Positions 29,886 through 39,796 of a stretch of DNA of 64,000 nucleotides are shown here, one piece after another. Position 1 is the stretch's first letter; the number at the start of each line of letters is the position of its first letter. Origin of the DNA: an uncultured Verrucomicrobiae bacterium (GTDB lineage Bacteria > Verrucomicrobiota > Verrucomicrobiia > Chthoniobacterales > Terrimicrobiaceae); NCBI GenBank assembly GCA_963706955.1, contig CAVPOC010000008.1:960001-1024000 (forward strand), read 5' to 3'. Below the pieces are notes generated by a model that saw only the letters and a program-made list of their open reading frames with translations, was not told the origin of the DNA and made no database searches. A program made the position numbers and the translations under genes.

Positions 29886-29947
29886 TGGAGTGACGGTGTC
29901 CGCACCGTCGAGGGAGGCCTTCCAGCGGTGGAGACACCGCCGCTGCA
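29886..29947. repeat. degenerate GTAG-type REP pair (REPIN-like)
   Basis: TGGAG-TGACGGTG-TCCG-CACCGTCG ... CAGCGGTG-GAGA-CACCGCCG-CTGCA. Confidence 0.6.
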
Positions 29948-29979
29948 GGGCTACAGGGAGAGCCATTTAGGAAGAGACT

Positions 29980-30873
29980 CTACGACTTCTTGCCTCGTCC
30001 GCGGAAAGTCAGTTCTGCGATGCCGGATTTGTCGAGTTCTCCAAGGCCCGCCGCGACCATACGATCGTATTGCGCTTTCGTTGCCTCGGCGAGTGGGAGG
30101 TCAAGACCCTCGGTGCGGGCGAGGGCCAGAGCAATGCCGGAGTCTTTGGCGGCATGCGCTGCGGAAAAGAAACACGAGTGCTCACGGTTTTGCATATCTT
30201 CACCATCGGTCTCCAGCACGCGCGAGTTCGCTCCCGTCTGGGAGAAAATTTCGCGCAGCGTAGTCAAGTCGAGACCGAGCGCATCTGCCAGGCCAAGCCC
30301 TTCAGCGAGACCGGCGGTATTGATGTTCATGACCATGTTGACGAGCGCCTTCACCTTGGCAGCCTCGCCGGTGCGCCCAACATGACGAAGTGCCGTGCTC
30401 ATATCGCGGAGGATGGGTTCGACTTTTTTGAAGACGGCTTCCTCACCGCCAACCATCAAGTAGAGCGTGCCTTCCCGAGCTTGGGTGATGCTCGAAGCCA
30501 TGCAGGCTTCCAGCGATTGCGCGCCAGCGGCACGTGCACTTTTCTCCACCTCGACATGGACCTCCGGTGAAATGGTGGCGCAGTTGACGAAAATCTTGCC
30601 GGCAGCATTCACCAGGAGATGGTCGGCCTGACCCCCAAGTCCAAAGATCGAGCGCATTGCCGCATCATCGGTAACGACCGTAATCACGACGTCTGAAAGC
30701 GCCGAAACCTCCGCGAGACGTTCGCGCGCTGGCACTCCGAGCTCCGCTCCCAAGGCCGCCGCGCTTTCCGTGCGCACGTCATAGACCGCCCCGATCTTAT
30801 ATCCTTTCTCCTTCAGGTGACGGGCCATGTTCGAGCCCATGCGTCCAACGCCAACAAATCCGATTGTGTTCAT
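29980..30873 (-). CDS. beta-hydroxyacid dehydrogenase (3-hydroxyisobutyrate dehydrogenase family)
   Basis: IGFVGVGRMG, ATISP, MVGG, KVK...N and KDSGIA motifs. Confidence 0.9.
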   Translation of the reverse strand: MNTIGFVGVGRMGSNMARHLKEKGYKIGAVYDVRTESAAALGAELGVPARERLAEVSALSDVVITVVTDDAAMRSIFGLGGQADHLLVNAAGKIFVNCATISPEVHVEVEKSARAAGAQSLEACMASSITQAREGTLYLMVGGEEAVFKKVEPILRDMSTALRHVGRTGEAAKVKALVNMVMNINTAGLAEGLGLADALGLDLTTLREIFSQTGANSRVLETDGEDMQNREHSCFFSAAHAAKDSGIALALARTEGLDLPLAEATKAQYDRMVAAGLGELDKSGIAELTFRGRGKKS

Positions 30874-30899
30874 AGGGGGGTGAAGTTCGGTTTGGCGAC

Positions 30900-31727
30900 T
30901 TAACCTTTGCCAAACTCAGGAAAGAAGGGGTTAACTTTCTTTTGTTCTCCAACAGTGGTCAGAGGCCCATGGCCGGGGCAGAGAATAGCTTCGTCGGGCA
31001 GGGAGAGAATGCTCTCACGATTCGTCTTGAGTGCGTCCTTGTAGGAGATGCCGCCGCCGCCCATTGAACCGGCGAAAATTGCATCGCCGACGATGGCTAG
31101 CGTGCGGGCAAGGCCCCGCACGATATAAGTCACACCCCCCGGCGAATGTCCCCACGTCGATCGCGTCTCGATCGTAAGAGAGCCGACCTGAAAGGTTTTC
31201 CCGATCGCGAAGCTCCGCGCTCCGGGAATGGATTCGCGCTCACCAATCCAGGCCTGCGCGCCGGTTCTCTCGAGGAGACGATCCAACTCGAGGACGTGAT
31301 CACCATGCGCATGAGTGAGCAAGATGAGTTCGAGTCTTAATCCATGGGCATCGATTGCCTCAAGCATGGGATCGCCGTCCGCACCGGTATCGAAGGCAAC
31401 GGCTTTCTTCGAGTCTGGGTCCCAGACGAGGTAGGCGTTCACCATCATGTCCTCGAAGGGAGTATTGAACTGCGATAGCCCTTCCATGAGGGGGATCTCC
31501 GCCGGCCGGTAATCCGTTCTTCCAATGGCGGCAAGCCGGTCGGGATGGAGATCGAGCGCGCCCGCTAGAGCGCGTACCCCCGGCTCATCGAAGGAGCCGC
31601 CGAGAATTTGATTGGTCAGCGCTGCCGACAGCCCCGCCCTGGCGGAGAGCGCTCCGATGTCGAGCCCTAGTCCCCGTTGCGCCTTGGAAAGGATGTCCGC
31701 GTAGTTATCTTCGAGAGGAATTTTCAT
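30900..31727 (-). CDS. MBL-fold hydrolase with N-terminal HTH-like domain
   Basis: THAHGDH, GHSPGG, GDAIFAGSMG and PGHGP motifs; N-terminus resembles an XRE helix-turn-helix. Confidence 0.88.
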   Translation of the reverse strand: MKIPLEDNYADILSKAQRGLGLDIGALSARAGLSAALTNQILGGSFDEPGVRALAGALDLHPDRLAAIGRTDYRPAEIPLMEGLSQFNTPFEDMMVNAYLVWDPDSKKAVAFDTGADGDPMLEAIDAHGLRLELILLTHAHGDHVLELDRLLERTGAQAWIGERESIPGARSFAIGKTFQVGSLTIETRSTWGHSPGGVTYIVRGLARTLAIVGDAIFAGSMGGGGISYKDALKTNRESILSLPDEAILCPGHGPLTTVGEQKKVNPFFPEFGKG

Positions 31728-31770
31728 GTCGTCGGTCGCCGCGGGTAAAGTTGCGTCCTTTCCATGGCCG

Positions 31771-34700
31771 TCATGCCGGTCGGTTTCGCACCTGATAATT
31801 GAGGAGCAGCCAGAGGAAAAAGAACATGCCTAGAGTGGAGAAGACCAGAAGTCCCGTATTGAACCAGAGCAGCCCGATCTTGAAGCCAAGATACTCCTTC
31901 ACGGGTCCGAAAAAGACATTGAGACCACCTCGCTCCATCGAATCGTTGCGGTAGTCGCTCTGCTCCATTTCCGCCTTGGAGATCAGGTCGGTGACTTTTT
32001 GGTTCACGTAGAGCTGTTCGGCCGTAACGCCGCGCTCGCTCGCTCGAAAATTCTTTCGATCGAACGGCCCTCCCTTGATCACAGCATCAATTTCCGCAAG
32101 TTTCCTATTCAGCGCGGAGGCGGACTTCGCTTGCAGTCCGGAGAGAATCGCCAAAAGGTCCTTCAAGTCCTCCAAACGCTCCTCCTGGGCAGACGAAGGA
32201 TTCGGCAGGGCCGCGAGTTGGTCGATCTGCCTCTGGATATTCTCCTGCCGGCGGGTGAGCGGGTTCATCTTCGATTGAGCGAAGACCAACGCCTCGTAGG
32301 ACCAGCGCATCGGCATCAATGAACAGATGAACGGAACTGTCAAGTCGCTGCGAGGTTCCATGGCACTTGTTGGATGCCGCTCCGCCCACTGACGAATGGA
32401 ATAGACGAAGTCAAGGTCGCGGTTCATGTCCTCATACTTGATCAGCGCACCCGCCAAAATAATCTGCGGGATCAGGACCACCGGAATGACCAGGACGGCG
32501 GTCTTGCTTTCATTAACCAGAGCAGAGATGACTAGCCCAATCGCCACCCCGCTCATCGTGGTGAGAAACATCGCCAGAAAGACAATCCAAAATACGCCTC
32601 GCACCGACAGAAGTGCGTTGCCTACCAGGGTAAAGAGAACGCATTGAATGACGGCAAACGCCGCCAGCGTGATCGCCTTCGCGAGTACATAGTAGCTCAG
32701 ACGAACGTTGAGATTACGTTCTCGCAACAATACCGGTCGATCCCTGGTGATGTCGTCCACGCTGTTGGTCAGCCCAAGGAACATCGCCACGACCAGGGAC
32801 AGGAACAGGTAGACCGGAATGTGAAAAGCCGAAGCGAAGTCGTAGTTGAGACTCTCGGAATGCCTCAAAACAAAGCCAATCAGCAAAGCGAGCACCGGCG
32901 CCGCTAGCAGCGTGATGAGAAGGTTGGCATTGTTGCGCATCTTGCTGAAAAAGGCGCGCTTGAAGAGAACGCCGAATTGCTTCCACTCCTCCCGCCAACG
33001 CAGCGGCTCGCGACGCTTGGCTCCGGAAGGGAGCGGCGGCGGCGTTTCCCGCGGCGCGCTCGGCGTTTGCACGTCCTTCATCAGGCGGAAGGCCTCGTAT
33101 TTATCTCGCCAATAATCCGGTGAATAGCGACGGGCCGGGACGAGCTGACCGCGATTGTTCTCCTCGACAATGATATCTCCGGAGAGATCGCGCAGCGGCG
33201 TTTCGAGCACGTCGAAGATGAACTCCGGACGGGTGGTGCCGCAGGCTTCGCAAGAACCGAACTCCGCACCATAATGTTGCTGGTGCTCGGCGGTCGCGAA
33301 ATATTTTAACATCTCCTGAGGCGTCCCAAAGAAGACCAACTTGCCGCCGCGGTCGAGAAGCACCGCCTTCTGGAACATCTGGAAGATCTTCGAAGTCGGC
33401 TGGTGAATGGTGACGACGACGATCTTGTTGTGAGACATCCCCCGGATGATCTCAATGACATGCTCGGAGTCCTTGGAGGATAGTCCGCTCGTCGGCTCGT
33501 CAAAGAGGAAAACGTCGGCCGAACTGACCATGTCCAGGCCGATATTCAGCCGTTTGCGCTCTCCGCCAGAAAGCGTCTTCTTGTGCGCCGCTCCTACCAC
33601 AAAGCCGCGCCGTTCGTTGAGCCCGAGCTCGGCGAGTTTGCCATCGATGCGACGCAATCGCTCGCGCCCGGAGAGGTGGGGGGCACGAAGCGCCGCGGCA
33701 AAATCGAGGTTTTCCTCGATGGTCAGATGTTCATCGAAGGCGTCGTGTTGCGGAATGTAGGTGACATACTTGCGAAGCGACTCTCGATTCGCATAAAGCG
33801 AGCGCCCATTAAAAAGCACATCACCCTGCGCGGGTTGGAACTGACCGGAAAGCGCGCGCATCAGCGTGCTCTTTCCGCTTCCGCTCGCCCCCATCACACA
33901 AACCATCTCGCCGCGCTGCACCGAGAACGAGATGCCGTCGATGGCCACCTGGCCGTTGCGGAATCGGCACACCAAATCGCGGACCTCCAGCGAGCGGATG
34001 ATGTTCCGTTCCTCCTCCAGCAGGCGCTCGGTGAAGTTGCAGCGCAGCACTTGCCCCGTGTCGATGCGAATAGTGTCACCGTCAGACAGCGGCGCAAAGT
34101 TTCGCACGGGCACGCCGCGAACAAGAATCGGTCGGTCGGTCTGAAGGACCTCCACACGACCCTCTTTGCGGTCATAGTCGCAGTAGATCTTCAGAAGGAC
34201 GTCACCACCGCTCCCCGGCGACAGCAAGATGTCATCTTCCTCGAGGAGCCCTGGATTGTTGGAAACAAGATACTCGCTCTTCGAAGTTTTCAGTTGGAAG
34301 CGACCGCCAAACTGACGGGCGCGCCGGCGCAGGTCACCCAGGTCCAGCTCGCTGTCGTTGTGAAAGACGATGTTGTCCTCGAGAGTCGCCTCCACCGAGG
34401 TCCCTTCGCGGAGCCGCACACCCTTGAGCACAGCATCGACCTCCTTCAGTGCCGTCACATGGACGCGCAGCCCGAAGGTCACCTCCAAGCACGAATCGCG
34501 CGACCGGTTCTTCTCGAGCCGCACCTCGTCATCTTCATTGACCGTAACGAAGATTTGCGGGAGCGAGACGTTCTTTCTGGCGTTGAAATAAAAGACGAGA
34601 TCCTGATGGGTGAGCACCTGATCATCGATGAGGATGCGCTGGCCGGCGAAGATTCGACAGAAATCGCCATGCTTGAGAACTCGGCCCTGCACGATCAGGT

Positions 34701-35376
34701 TGCGCCCGCTGAGATTTTTCAGGATGACCAGATCCTTGTACCGGTAGGCGAGGATCCGTTCACCCCCGCTCAACCCAGGCAGTAAGACGTCGCAATGATC
34801 TTGGGGCCCGAAACTGACAACCTCAAGGGGGGAGGCCCCTTGATGATAAATGCCGACATCGTTTTGATCGTTGGCGTTGAGCTGATAAACAATATCAATG
34901 GCTTGGGCTGCCATCCCCAGCTGAGACATAAATGAGTAATAAGCAATTACTTGCTCTTGCTTAAGTCCCGCCTTGGAGATCAAATCGTAGAGCTGCACCC
35001 CGAGGAGGATCTTACGCTCGTCGTCCAGGTTTGCGGAGAGTTGCTGCGCAATAGCGTTGAGGTCCTGGTGTTCGTGGAGCGCCTCTCGGAAGAGCTTCCG
35101 TAGCTCGGAATAGACGGTGTCCGGATAGTCGTAACGGAGGAAACCAAGGCTGGAGTCGATCTCTTCTTCGAAGAGCTCGCCCTCGACGCGGGCAAAAGCC
35201 GCAAAAACTTTGATGAGCGTCGGGAGCAGGTTCGGACTTTCGGCGACCGTCCGTGGCTTACGCATGAGACGGCGCACCATCCTGCGGCCCGCCGCCCTTG
35301 CTCTGGCAGCAAAGAGAAAGAGACCTTCAACCCGGCGCTGGGTGCGTCCGGCTGAAGGCGGAGCGACTACTGACAT
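31771..35376 (-). CDS. ABCG/White-type ABC transporter (NBD + ABC2 membrane domain) with ~460-aa N-terminal extension
   Basis: GASGSGKST, LSGGERKRLNIG, DEPTSGL and TIHQP motifs; C-terminal 6-TM ABC2-type domain. Confidence 0.9.
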   Translation of the reverse strand: MSVVAPPSAGRTQRRVEGLFLFAARARAAGRRMVRRLMRKPRTVAESPNLLPTLIKVFAAFARVEGELFEEEIDSSLGFLRYDYPDTVYSELRKLFREALHEHQDLNAIAQQLSANLDDERKILLGVQLYDLISKAGLKQEQVIAYYSFMSQLGMAAQAIDIVYQLNANDQNDVGIYHQGASPLEVVSFGPQDHCDVLLPGLSGGERILAYRYKDLVILKNLSGRNLIVQGRVLKHGDFCRIFAGQRILIDDQVLTHQDLVFYFNARKNVSLPQIFVTVNEDDEVRLEKNRSRDSCLEVTFGLRVHVTALKEVDAVLKGVRLREGTSVEATLEDNIVFHNDSELDLGDLRRRARQFGGRFQLKTSKSEYLVSNNPGLLEEDDILLSPGSGGDVLLKIYCDYDRKEGRVEVLQTDRPILVRGVPVRNFAPLSDGDTIRIDTGQVLRCNFTERLLEEERNIIRSLEVRDLVCRFRNGQVAIDGISFSVQRGEMVCVMGASGSGKSTLMRALSGQFQPAQGDVLFNGRSLYANRESLRKYVTYIPQHDAFDEHLTIEENLDFAAALRAPHLSGRERLRRIDGKLAELGLNERRGFVVGAAHKKTLSGGERKRLNIGLDMVSSADVFLFDEPTSGLSSKDSEHVIEIIRGMSHNKIVVVTIHQPTSKIFQMFQKAVLLDRGGKLVFFGTPQEMLKYFATAEHQQHYGAEFGSCEACGTTRPEFIFDVLETPLRDLSGDIIVEENNRGQLVPARRYSPDYWRDKYEAFRLMKDVQTPSAPRETPPPLPSGAKRREPLRWREEWKQFGVLFKRAFFSKMRNNANLLITLLAAPVLALLIGFVLRHSESLNYDFASAFHIPVYLFLSLVVAMFLGLTNSVDDITRDRPVLLRERNLNVRLSYYVLAKAITLAAFAVIQCVLFTLVGNALLSVRGVFWIVFLAMFLTTMSGVAIGLVISALVNESKTAVLVIPVVLIPQIILAGALIKYEDMNRDLDFVYSIRQWAERHPTSAMEPRSDLTVPFICSLMPMRWSYEALVFAQSKMNPLTRRQENIQRQIDQLAALPNPSSAQEERLEDLKDLLAILSGLQAKSASALNRKLAEIDAVIKGGPFDRKNFRASERGVTAEQLYVNQKVTDLISKAEMEQSDYRNDSMERGGLNVFFGPVKEYLGFKIGLLWFNTGLLVFSTLGMFFFLWLLLNYQVRNRPA

Positions 35377-35461
35377 CCGATCAGCCTATCGCTCACGATC
35401 TATCTTTTCAACGCCGGGTTGCAAGGAGGCTGGTTTTTGAGATAATTTCCGGTTTACCTCT

Positions 35462-36538
35462 ATGACCCAACCTGTAACTGAGGCGCAACGCGCTTCGACT
35501 CCCACGCCGCCGCTGGAGGATCTCCGCGTGCGCGGAGTCACCCGGCTCATAACTCCGGCGCAGATCAAGGAACAATTTCCGGTTAGCCGTTCGCAGATGG
35601 AAACGGTGTTCCGCGGCCGCGAACAAGCGCGGGCAATCATTCGTGGTGAAGACGATCGGCTGCTGGTCGTGGTTGGACCATGCTCGATCCACGACTCCGC
35701 CGCGGCGCTCGACTACGCTGAGAAATTGGCGGCTTTGAGTCGGGAGGTCGCTGATCGGATCTTTGTGATCATGCGCGTCTACTTCGAGAAACCTCGCACC
35801 ACCGTCGGCTGGAAGGGTTTGATCAACGATCCGTTCATGAATGACTCCTGCGATATGGCTTATGGCCTGACGCTCGCGAGAAGGATCTTGCTGGACATCG
35901 CCGACCTGGGCTTGGCGGCGGGAACTGAGTTTCTCGATCCAATCGTCCCCCAATACACTGCCGAGCTCATCAGCTGGTCGGCAATCGGTGCACGCACCAC
36001 CGAATCGCAAACTCATCGGGAGATGGCCAGTGGGCTTTCGATGCCCGTGGGATTCAAGAATGGCACCGACGGCAGTGTGCAAACGGCCATCGACGCCATG
36101 AAAAGCTCACGGACTCCGCATAGTTTTCTCGGAATCGATCAGGACGGCGCGACCAGTATTATCAAAACGACCGGCAATCCCGACAGCCATGTCGTGCTTC
36201 GCGGAGGACGGGAAGGCATCAACTACGAACCGCACCAGGTTGCGGGGGTCTGTGAAGTGCTGAGAAAGAGCGGTCTGCGCCCGATGCTCATGGTCGATTG
36301 CAGCCATGCAAACTCCGGCAAAGATCCCCACCGCCAGCCCCACGTCTGGCAAAGCATCATCGACCAGCGCGCTTCAGGGCGCCGCGAAATCATCGGTGCC
36401 ATGCTCGAGAGTCATCTGAATTTCGGTGGCCAATCGCTCGGCAATGATCCCGTGGCGCTGCAGTATGGCGTCTCGATCACCGACGCTTGCATGGATTGGC
36501 AGACGACCAGGGAACTGCTCGCCGGTTTCCGAGCCTAG
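35462..36538 (+). CDS. aroG: class I-alpha DAHP synthase (AroF/G/H type)
   Basis: VGPCSIHD, RVYFEKPRTTVGWKGL, IGARTTESQTHRE and VDCSHANS motifs; feedback paralogue not determinable. Confidence 0.93.
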   Translation: MTQPVTEAQRASTPTPPLEDLRVRGVTRLITPAQIKEQFPVSRSQMETVFRGREQARAIIRGEDDRLLVVVGPCSIHDSAAALDYAEKLAALSREVADRIFVIMRVYFEKPRTTVGWKGLINDPFMNDSCDMAYGLTLARRILLDIADLGLAAGTEFLDPIVPQYTAELISWSAIGARTTESQTHREMASGLSMPVGFKNGTDGSVQTAIDAMKSSRTPHSFLGIDQDGATSIIKTTGNPDSHVVLRGGREGINYEPHQVAGVCEVLRKSGLRPMLMVDCSHANSGKDPHRQPHVWQSIIDQRASGRREIIGAMLESHLNFGGQSLGNDPVALQYGVSITDACMDWQTTRELLAGFRA

Positions 36539-36603
36539 ATCATTTCGAGATCGCCGAGCATGCCGCTGCCAAAGCTCCGCCGGGCTGCGGCCGGCCGCGC
36601 CGT

Positions 36604-37281
36604 ATGACTGTCGCCGAGATCTCGTTCGCGGCCATCGATTTTGAGAGCGCCGGCATTCGCCAGGGAAGCACCGAAGTGCCCGTGCAAATCGGGATCGCAC
36701 TGATGCATCAACTCGCGATCTCTGAAAATTTTGGCAGCTTCCTTTTTACGGAAGAGCCGATCACCTGGGCGGCGCAAAAGGTCCACGGCATTCGCGCAAA
36801 GGATCTTGCCGGCGCACCTCGTTTGCCCGAACTCTGGCCCAAGATCCACCACCTCCTGCACGATCGCTGGCTCGTCGCCCATGGCTCCGCGACCGAGCGA
36901 CGGTTCCTGCGCGCCTTTCCTTTTCACGGCTTTGGACCGTGGGTGGATACACTCAAGCTTTCCCGAGCTGTCTGGCCGGAAAAGAATTCCTTTGCGCTGG
37001 GCGATCTCGTCCAGGACCTCGGCTTGGAAGACGATCTCCGCAAAGCTTTTCCCGCGTTCCGTTGGCATGACGCGCTTTCCGACGCCATGGCCTCTCTGAT
37101 CCTCCTGCGACGCGCCATTATCGATGCAAAGATCGGCGCTGAAAAAGCTGACCTCCTCCTACGACCCGATGCGACGGAATATCATCGCCTCAAGGCACGA
37201 GGACTCCCGCCTCGCTCACGATCGCGGTCACCCGCGCGTCGTGGGCTTCGAACGGAAGACTTTCCACTATCTGACATTTGA
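36604..37281 (+). CDS. DEDDh 3'-5' exonuclease (DnaQ-like)
   Basis: AIDFE, VHGI, VAHG, WVDTLKL and HDALSDA motifs; 3' end overlaps ygfA. Confidence 0.85.
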   Translation: MTVAEISFAAIDFESAGIRQGSTEVPVQIGIALMHQLAISENFGSFLFTEEPITWAAQKVHGIRAKDLAGAPRLPELWPKIHHLLHDRWLVAHGSATERRFLRAFPFHGFGPWVDTLKLSRAVWPEKNSFALGDLVQDLGLEDDLRKAFPAFRWHDALSDAMASLILLRRAIIDAKIGAEKADLLLRPDATEYHRLKARGLPPRSRSRSPARRGLRTEDFPLSDI

Positions 37282-37723
37282 AGCAGATTCCCACGGCGCG
37301 CACAGTCGGATTCGCCGCCAGCCATCGGTCATAGAATCCTTTGCCTCTACCGAGACGCGCCCCGGTCGTGTCGAAGGCGAGACCCGGCACGAGGACAAGG
37401 TCTGGCGACGGCGCCATCGTCGCGCCCACCGGTTCACGAATGCCAAGAGCTCCGGTCTGAAACTCAGACGCTAATAGGAACACGAGCAGTCCGTCGTCTC
37501 CCACTCGCGGATATGCAAAAATCTTCTCGGGAGGTAAGTCCCCTCCCATCCAGTCAGGCTCTCCCGCGAGCGACGTAAAACCGAAGACGACCTTGGCAGA
37601 CTTCCAGAGGGAGAAACTATGAAGATGCTCGCGCAGATTTTTCGAAGCGCCTGACTTCTCCGGGAAGCTGCGGACTGCTTCCTTCATTTTTGCGCGCAGC
37701 ATTTGCTTTTCGCTCGAAATCAT
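37190..37723 (-). CDS. ygfA: 5-formyltetrahydrofolate cyclo-ligase
   Basis: GIREP and DLVLVPGLAFD..GARLGRGKGFYDR motifs. Confidence 0.93.
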   Translation of the reverse strand: MISSEKQMLRAKMKEAVRSFPEKSGASKNLREHLHSFSLWKSAKVVFGFTSLAGEPDWMGGDLPPEKIFAYPRVGDDGLLVFLLASEFQTGALGIREPVGATMAPSPDLVLVPGLAFDTTGARLGRGKGFYDRWLAANPTVRAVGICFKCQIVESLPFEAHDARVTAIVSEAGVLVP

Positions 37724-37743
37724 TTCAGACTCATTCGAAGCCC

Positions 37744-38664
37744 ATGGTGCGCCGATTGTTGAGAACAGGAAAGCGCGCAAAGCCGCAAAATCACGTGGAT
37801 ATGCGGCTCGGCGAAGGATGGCACAAGCGGAACTTTCTTTCCGAGGTGGTCATTCCTTCTCTCTTCACCAAGCGCCACGGTCATCGCCTCAAGCCGGTGT
37901 TTCCAGAGCTCCCGGCGGGAAAAATCTGCGTGACGTGGATCGGGCACGCCTCCTTCCTCATTCAGACTCCGGAGCATAGTCTTCTCATCGACCCAAATTG
38001 GGCTAAATGGCTCAAGGTCATCAAGCGCATCAAACATCCGGGAATCGAACTTCGCGACCTGCCCGCGATCGACCTGGTGCTGGTCACTCATGCCCATTTC
38101 GATCATCTGGACCGCCGCACGCTTCGCGCTGTTGCCAGCGATCAACCGATCGCCGTGCCCGAGCATGTCGGTAGCCTCGTCCACGGACTCGGATTTAATC
38201 GCGTCCACGAGCTGCGCCATTGGCAAAGTTTTGAACATGGAACGCTGAAGGTAACGCTCACCCCTGCGCGTCACTGGGGAGCGCGAATTCTGCACGATAG
38301 CCACAGAGGATTCGGAGGTTTTCTCATCGAGTATGCGGGAAGGACGATCTTTCACTGTGGCGACACCGCTTACTTTGACGGATTTAAAGAGATCGGTAAG
38401 CGCGCCAACATCGAGTTGGCTCTGCTTCCCATCGGCGCCTATGAAGCGCCTACGAAAAGGGATGTCCACATGAATCCCGAGGAGGCCCTGCAGGCATTTC
38501 GGGAGCTGCGCGCCAAGATGATGATCCCCATGCATTTTGGCACTTTCCGCCTTAGCTACGAACCCTTGCATGAGCCGCCGCGCCGACTCCTCGAAAAGGC
38601 CCTTGAACTTCAACTCCTTGATAGGATTCGGCTCCTCAATGAGGGCGAGCCCACCGTCTTCTAA
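37744..38664 (+). CDS. MBL-fold metallo-hydrolase (RomA/NAPE-PLD-like)
   Basis: TWIGHAS, THAHFDHLD, PARHWG, GDT, PIGAY, HMNPEEA and PMHFGTF motifs. Confidence 0.9.
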   Translation: MVRRLLRTGKRAKPQNHVDMRLGEGWHKRNFLSEVVIPSLFTKRHGHRLKPVFPELPAGKICVTWIGHASFLIQTPEHSLLIDPNWAKWLKVIKRIKHPGIELRDLPAIDLVLVTHAHFDHLDRRTLRAVASDQPIAVPEHVGSLVHGLGFNRVHELRHWQSFEHGTLKVTLTPARHWGARILHDSHRGFGGFLIEYAGRTIFHCGDTAYFDGFKEIGKRANIELALLPIGAYEAPTKRDVHMNPEEALQAFRELRAKMMIPMHFGTFRLSYEPLHEPPRRLLEKALELQLLDRIRLLNEGEPTVF

Positions 38665-38853
38665 GGCTTTTGCTTGAACTGTTAGGCAGACAAATGCCAG
38701 CGCGCAACGCTAAGACGCTCCGATTAACGACAGGCGAACTCCTCTCCCTCTACTACGCAGCCATTCTGCGCTAATTGTGCCTACGAGTGAACGCTCTCCG
38801 GACGCTTTTTTAAGCTTGAAGTCTAATTCCGTTGCAAGATATGGTGCCGTTAT

Positions 38854-39108
38854 ATGGGAATTATCTCCTGGATCTTTCTAGGCCTGATTGCCGGCGCGCT
38901 TGCCAAATTCCTGGTTCCTGGTAAAGACCCCGGCGGTTTCATCGTAACTATCCTCATCGGAATCGTGGGGGCCATCCTTGGTGGTTTCCTTGGCAGCTTC
39001 ATCGGTCTCGGCAGGGTTGAGTCATTTGACATAGGCGGGCTAATTATCGCGACCCTTGGAGCCATTATCCTGCTGGTTCTCTACCGTCTCTTTCGCAAGG
39101 GAACCTGA
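38854..39108 (+). CDS. GlsB/YeaQ/YmgE family stress-response membrane protein
   Basis: MGIISWIFLGLIAGALAK.LVPG.DPGG...GIVGA..GG pattern. Confidence 0.92.
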   Translation: MGIISWIFLGLIAGALAKFLVPGKDPGGFIVTILIGIVGAILGGFLGSFIGLGRVESFDIGGLIIATLGAIILLVLYRLFRKGT

Positions 39109-39177
39109 GGTAAGCGCAAGAGCCTCGCGCCTCTCTCAACTTCATCCTGACAGCTAACCCTCGAATCCCGCAACACC

Positions 39178-39579
39178 ATGGGTCTCTTCTCAAATCTCCT
39201 CTCCAAAGTCTTCGGTCAGCAGACCGCGGCCGCAACCACACCTCCACCAGCCGCGACAGGTGGACCTATCGCTGCAGGTGCTCCTGCCCCCGCTTCCTCC
39301 GGCTCAGCTCCCTCAGCTGCAGTGGTCGATGTCACTGCGATCCTTGATGATCTCGCGGCGAAAAATCCTGAGAAGCTCGATTGGCGCAAATCGATCGTCG
39401 ACCTCATGAAACTCGTCGACATGGATAGTAGCCTCGCTTCTCGGAAAGAACTTGCCAAAGATCTCAATTATAGCGGCGACACGAGCGACAGTGCCAAGAT
39501 GAACATCTGGCTGCATAAAGAGGTGATCCGCAAAATTTCGGAGAACGGCGGCAAGGTTCCCCAAGACCTCCTCTCTTAG
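39178..39579 (+). CDS. DUF3597 domain protein
   Basis: KLDWRKSIVDLMK...DSSL..RKELA...DSAKMNIWLHK...NGGKVP. Confidence 0.9.
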   Translation: MGLFSNLLSKVFGQQTAAATTPPPAATGGPIAAGAPAPASSGSAPSAAVVDVTAILDDLAAKNPEKLDWRKSIVDLMKLVDMDSSLASRKELAKDLNYSGDTSDSAKMNIWLHKEVIRKISENGGKVPQDLLS

Positions 39580-39583
39580 CCCT

Positions 39584-39604
39584 TTCGGGCGGACACCGCC
39601 CGAA
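39584..39604. terminator. hairpin between convergent genes
   Basis: TTCGGGCGG-ACA-CCGCCCGAA; no clear U tract. Confidence 0.35.
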
Positions 39605-39796
39605 TCGCTCTTGGACGTCATCGCCGTCCGGCGAATAGCAGCGCGTTGCTAAGCGCGTGATATCGCCGCGACGATAAAATTCTAGAGCTTGGGGAGGCGC
39701 TTCTGCCAAGCGCCTGTGGATTTTCGCTGGGCGCTTGACACAAACATCCCCACACCTCGCCTCTATTTCGTTAGCGCACTATTCCACTTAGCGATT

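Noticed and set aside
33583..34785. 400-aa plus-strand ORF
   Set aside because: Antisense shadow of the ABC transporter, as expected in GC-rich coding DNA; the same applies to 6977-7831, 28581-29375, 37720-38613 and 44810-45562
37724..37800. 6S RNA upstream of ygfA
   Set aside because: Only ~20 bp separate ygfA from the divergent MBL gene, so there is no room
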